Positions 21,130 through 25,068 of a DNA stretch of 25,068 bases are shown in pieces. The DNA is from Ginkgo biloba (lineage: Eukaryota > Plantae > Ginkgophyta): assembly GCA_024626585.2 (NCBI GenBank), contig JANKJI020000004.1:121928513-121953580 (forward strand), in the 5' to 3' direction. Under the pieces are notes generated by a model, which saw nothing but the letters and a program-made list of their open reading frames with translations, made no database searches and was not told where the DNA came from. Position numbers and translations under genes: made by a program. Every line of letters begins with the position of its first letter. Position 1 is the stretch's first letter.

Positions 21130-23492
21130 CAAGTATACACAATTATGTCATGAGTTCTCAAACACATTTGCATGGGAGTGCACCAATATGAAAGGGAGGG
21201 ATCCCCATGTGGTCTCTCACAATATTGTTGTTAATCCCAATGCCAAGATAATAAGACAAACATAAGAGCATTTACACCCCAATATATCTATCATGGTCAA
21301 ATAAGAAGTCAAAAAACTCATAAATATTAGATTCATAACACATACTAATTATCCTCATTGGGTATCTAACATCGTCCTAGTTGTCTAAAATAATGGCATA
21401 GAATAGATTTGCATCTAATTTTATAATATCAATGAGGCTTATCCAAAAGATAACTTTCCATTACCTTTTATTAAATAGGTCCTCAACAAATTGTTGGGTT
21501 CAAAATCATGTCATTAATNNNNNNNNNNNNNNNNNNNNNNNNNAATATTTATTACCATAGAATATTGTCATAAAATATTACTCACCACACCATGGGGAAC
21601 ATTCTCTTACAAGGTCATGATGTTTGGATCAAGAAATACAGTGGCACCTACCAAAGGGTGATGACTTTTATATTTTATGACATCATCAATAACTATCACA
21701 TCATATCTCAACAATCATCTTGGATTGTCTAAGAAGTACAAGGATCACTTTGTCGATATTCATACCATGTTCTAAAGACATTAAAAATATTGCTTGAGCC
21801 TTATCCGTATTGAGTACATTTTTATATTGTTCGTAAGAATTCTTCTAGGATACTCAGTATATATTCGAGACATTAAATCTAATCCTGAGAAAGTAAAAGT
21901 AGTTATCAACATGCTCTCTCCCAGGACCTAGAAGGAAATCAAATTATTCCTCAAAAATCTCAACTACTTAAGAAGGTTTATAACTAACTTTTCATTCAAG
22001 GCCAAGCCTCTCATCTCCCTATTCAAGAAGGAACCCCTTTCTAGTGGACTGAGGAGCCCAACTATCATTTGAATAAATAAAATTTTCTTCAATATTTTCT
22101 CCTATCCTAATGCCCATGTCCTTTAAAAAACCATTCATCCTTTACACTTCAACAATTGAATGTTCCCTCAAGGGTATGCTAGCCCAAAAAGACAATGAAG
22201 GTAAGGAGCAAGCCTTATATTTCATTAGTCGCACCCTCATTAGTTATGAGCTTAATTATTCTTCTATGGAAAAATTATGCTATGCTCTAGTTTTTTCAAC
22301 ATAAAATTTAAGACAATACTTACTTAATACCCATATGTATGTGATGACCCAATCTAATATGTTAATTTACATACTATCTAAACCTAACCACATGGGCCAT
22401 ATTAAAAAATGGGTTATCCTATTCTACGTGTTTAGTTTTAAAATTATTAAGAAAAAATCTAAAATGGGGATGATTATCACCAAACAATTGGTTGAAGTGC
22501 CCCTTTCCAACCATAAATAGAAATCGGTAGACTATACCCTCCCTTATGAGAATATCATCTATATTGATCACCAGGACATTGTCAAACACAAATAGTATAA
22601 AGACATTATTACATATCTTAAAACTATGGATTATTCAAAAAATGTGACCTCTAAATAAAAAAAGATAATTCAAGATTCAACTAGGGAATACATTATTCTA
22701 GGCAATGCTCTCTATAATCAATCCTTTGATGGCATCCTTTTATGATACCTCAAGCCCACCAAAGTGCAAAAGGTGTTATACGAATCTCATGAAATCATTT
22801 GAAAATGATACTACGATGGACAACCCACAACCCTTAGGTTTTTAAGGATGGGATATTATTGGTCAATAGTATTTTACGAAACCCATGACTATATATGTAG
22901 GTGTGACAAATACTAGGAGAATTAAAACTTAGTTCATGTGCTTATAGAATCACTTTGAATGATTTTGCCCTTTGGCCCTTCTCAAAATGGGGCTTTAACC
23001 TAATTGGTTCCAATAGTCCCCCATCCTCTAATCAATATAAATTCATTTTGATAACCAATTATTATCTTACTAAGTAAGCAAAATCCATCCTGCTTAGTAA
23101 CATTGACTGACATATAATTGCTAAGTTTATTTTTAACTAGATTATATGCCAATTTGGTATTTNNNNNNNNNNNNNNNNNNNNNNNNNNNNNNNNNNNNNN
23201 NNNNNNNNNNNNNNNNNNNNNNNNNNNNNNNNNNNNNNNNNNNNTACTATCATTAGGAAAATGGTTGAGTTGAGGCTTTTAATAAAACATTAATCAATAT
23301 CTTAAAAATCCTTGTGAATCAATCCCATCAAGATTGGCATCTTCAAACATTTCCAATATTATGGGAATATTGTATGTCAATCCATATTTCCATTGGGATG
23401 ATCCCATAATCACTCATTTATGGGATAGAGGTAGTCCTTCCAATAAAAATAGAAATCTCATCCTCAAGTATTTCAACAAGAAACTTCATTAA
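21130..23492 (+). mobile_element. Degenerate Tat/Athila-type Ty3/gypsy pol: RT, RNase H, integrase
   Basis: RT: HEFSNTFAWECTNMKGRDPHVVSHNIVVNPNAK, WVSNIVLV, AYPKDNFPLP, TPWGTFSYKVMMFG, YLNN (decayed YxDD). RNase H: KPFILYT...GMLAQKDNEGKEQALYFISRTLISYELNYSSMEKLC. Integrase: RMGYYW, GPFSKWG-like, VEAFNKTLINIL, DWH, IYGIEVVLP. Confidence 0.93.
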
Positions 23493-23639
23493 NNNNNNNN
23501 NNNNNNNNNNNNNNNNNNNNNNNNNNNNNNNNNNNNNNNNNNNNNNNNNNNNNNNNNNNNNNNNNNNNNNNNNNNNNNNNNNNNNNNNNNNNGGAGTTAG
23601 CTTCTTTTTATTAATAAAGAGAAAAATACTATATAATTA

Positions 23640-23850
23640 TGGAGGTACATGCCATTAGGTACTATTGCTCAAATTACATATTTTATCACATAGGAGTCAA
23701 ATGTGATCTCCTAATATAAGAATATACTAAGTCCCCAAAATCCCAGTTACATTGACTACTAAAATAGAATCGATAATGCATCTTTTTATCTTAAAACCCT
23801 TATTCCAACTTAGATATAAAAAGGAAAGGAGAGATTTCTTATACTAGGTT
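23640..23850 (-). mobile_element. Possible decayed gypsy aspartic protease
   Basis: Minus translation KGFKIKRCIIDSILVVNVT resembles R..ID.G..VN. Only a single weak motif. Confidence 0.35.
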
Positions 23851-25068
23851 AAATATAAATAAAGATTTGTTCAAGAGGAGGTTTGATTCCCCTAGATTTG
23901 TTAGGAAATATGTCTTTTAATCGATGTAACTCTTAAGTACATCCATCAAAGGCATTCCTATAGAGATGGACTATAACTTATTAATGATAGAGTGTGGATT
24001 TCCTTTTGTCTACTGTAAAAGAGGTCTTAAAAAATTAACTCTTTGGATATGCCACTAATTTTGTAAGGGGTGGTATTTGGACAATGACGTGAGGTTCTTT
24101 TGGTTGTGAATGTAGGTTGTTTAGTAAAGGAGGAGGTTGCATGTTTTGTGTTTATGGTGAAGTAGATGTAAGAGCTTCCATTTATGCTTAGGCTCGTGTG
24201 GTGACTAGAACCTTAGGTTGTTCAACGGAGTCAATCATTCTAATGATTTTTCTCCCTTTTCCTTTAGATTCCTTATTAAAAGGATAATGGAATAAAGTTC
24301 ATGAAGATAAAAAATTTGATAATTTAGAGCTATGAGTGAATTACTTAAAATGAACTACTTTCTTTGAAGATGAAGAAGGTGCTTGTTCTTCTTCATTTGG
24401 TTCTTCTTTTTCATTTTTTTTTTTTGTTATTCTTGGTTTAAAATTTATTCTTCCCTTTCTTGTCACTATGTTTAGGTAAGGTATCTTAACAAATCTTTTG
24501 TTCATTGTTTAAATTTGAACATTTATCGTCATGAGCACTAATTTATAAAATCTCTCTATAATTTCAAAACACAAACATTATTCTACTCCAAATACATAAA
24601 AGAAGGATCATATTTAAGCATTTTATTATCTTCTAATTGCTCTCAAAATATATAATTATTTTTTTAGCCATTTTTAGGTTGTCAATAGCATTTGGTGAAA
24701 TTAGAGGATTTTTTAACCCTTTCTTGGCTAGTTTTACAACTTCCTTTGTGAAAATTTAAAGCATTCATCTTAAGAGAGTAAATAAAAAAGAAAAAAAAAT
24801 CACCTCATTTGGGTTTTATAAGCTCTAATCACACGAAAGACAAGTCTGGATTGCATTTTAAGATTGATTATAGGGTTTAAGATGAAGCATTAAATTTATA
24901 ATCTAAAAATATTAAGAAATACTTTTAAAAAATAATTTATTCAACTAGATCAAATTATTTTATCAATGTACTTATATATGACTTCATATTTGGTTACTCA
25001 ATGACTTTATAACAACTTTTAACCCCTTTTTTAACTATCCTCAAAGGAGTGATTATCACAATAGAAAA

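Noticed and set aside
18266-21221. Single LTR/TIR element bounded by TGTGAGAC…CTCTCACA
   Set aside because: The right 'end' is coding sequence of the Tat-like RT (DPHVVSHNIV). The flanks belong to different elements and are separated by gaps.

Overview
AT-rich eukaryotic, almost certainly land-plant, repetitive DNA from a fragmented assembly. Nine exact 100-N gaps split the window into ten 1.2-4.5 kb pieces, and there are further sized gaps. Most of it is heavily decayed retrotransposon sequence, which I translated by eye through stops and frameshifts. It includes two Tat/Athila-type (non-chromovirus) Ty3/gypsy pol remnants (1-830, ~21.1-23.5 kb) and a chromovirus-like RNaseH-integrase (3.46-4.63 kb) cut by a minus-strand LTR element with a tRNA-Met PBS. 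There are two CRM-like gag/protease/RT remnants (15.9-18.3 kb +, 19.0-19.8 kb -). A near-complete, collinear minus-strand L1-type LINE (ORF1 DUF4283, endonuclease, RT, zf-RVT) spans 6.7-12.1 kb, with diverged paralogous pieces at 12.4-14.4 kb and a short copia RNaseH sliver. No intact protein-coding gene, RNA gene or CRISPR array is supported. The one non-TE-like block is a CpG-retaining island at 4733-6238. It has repeated palindromes, a TCP/site-II motif, a credible + strand intron, a 63-aa hydrophobic small ORF and several hairpins including a tRNA-like T-arm, and is the best candidate for something undescribed. A gymnosperm-like origin is suggested but is only an inference.
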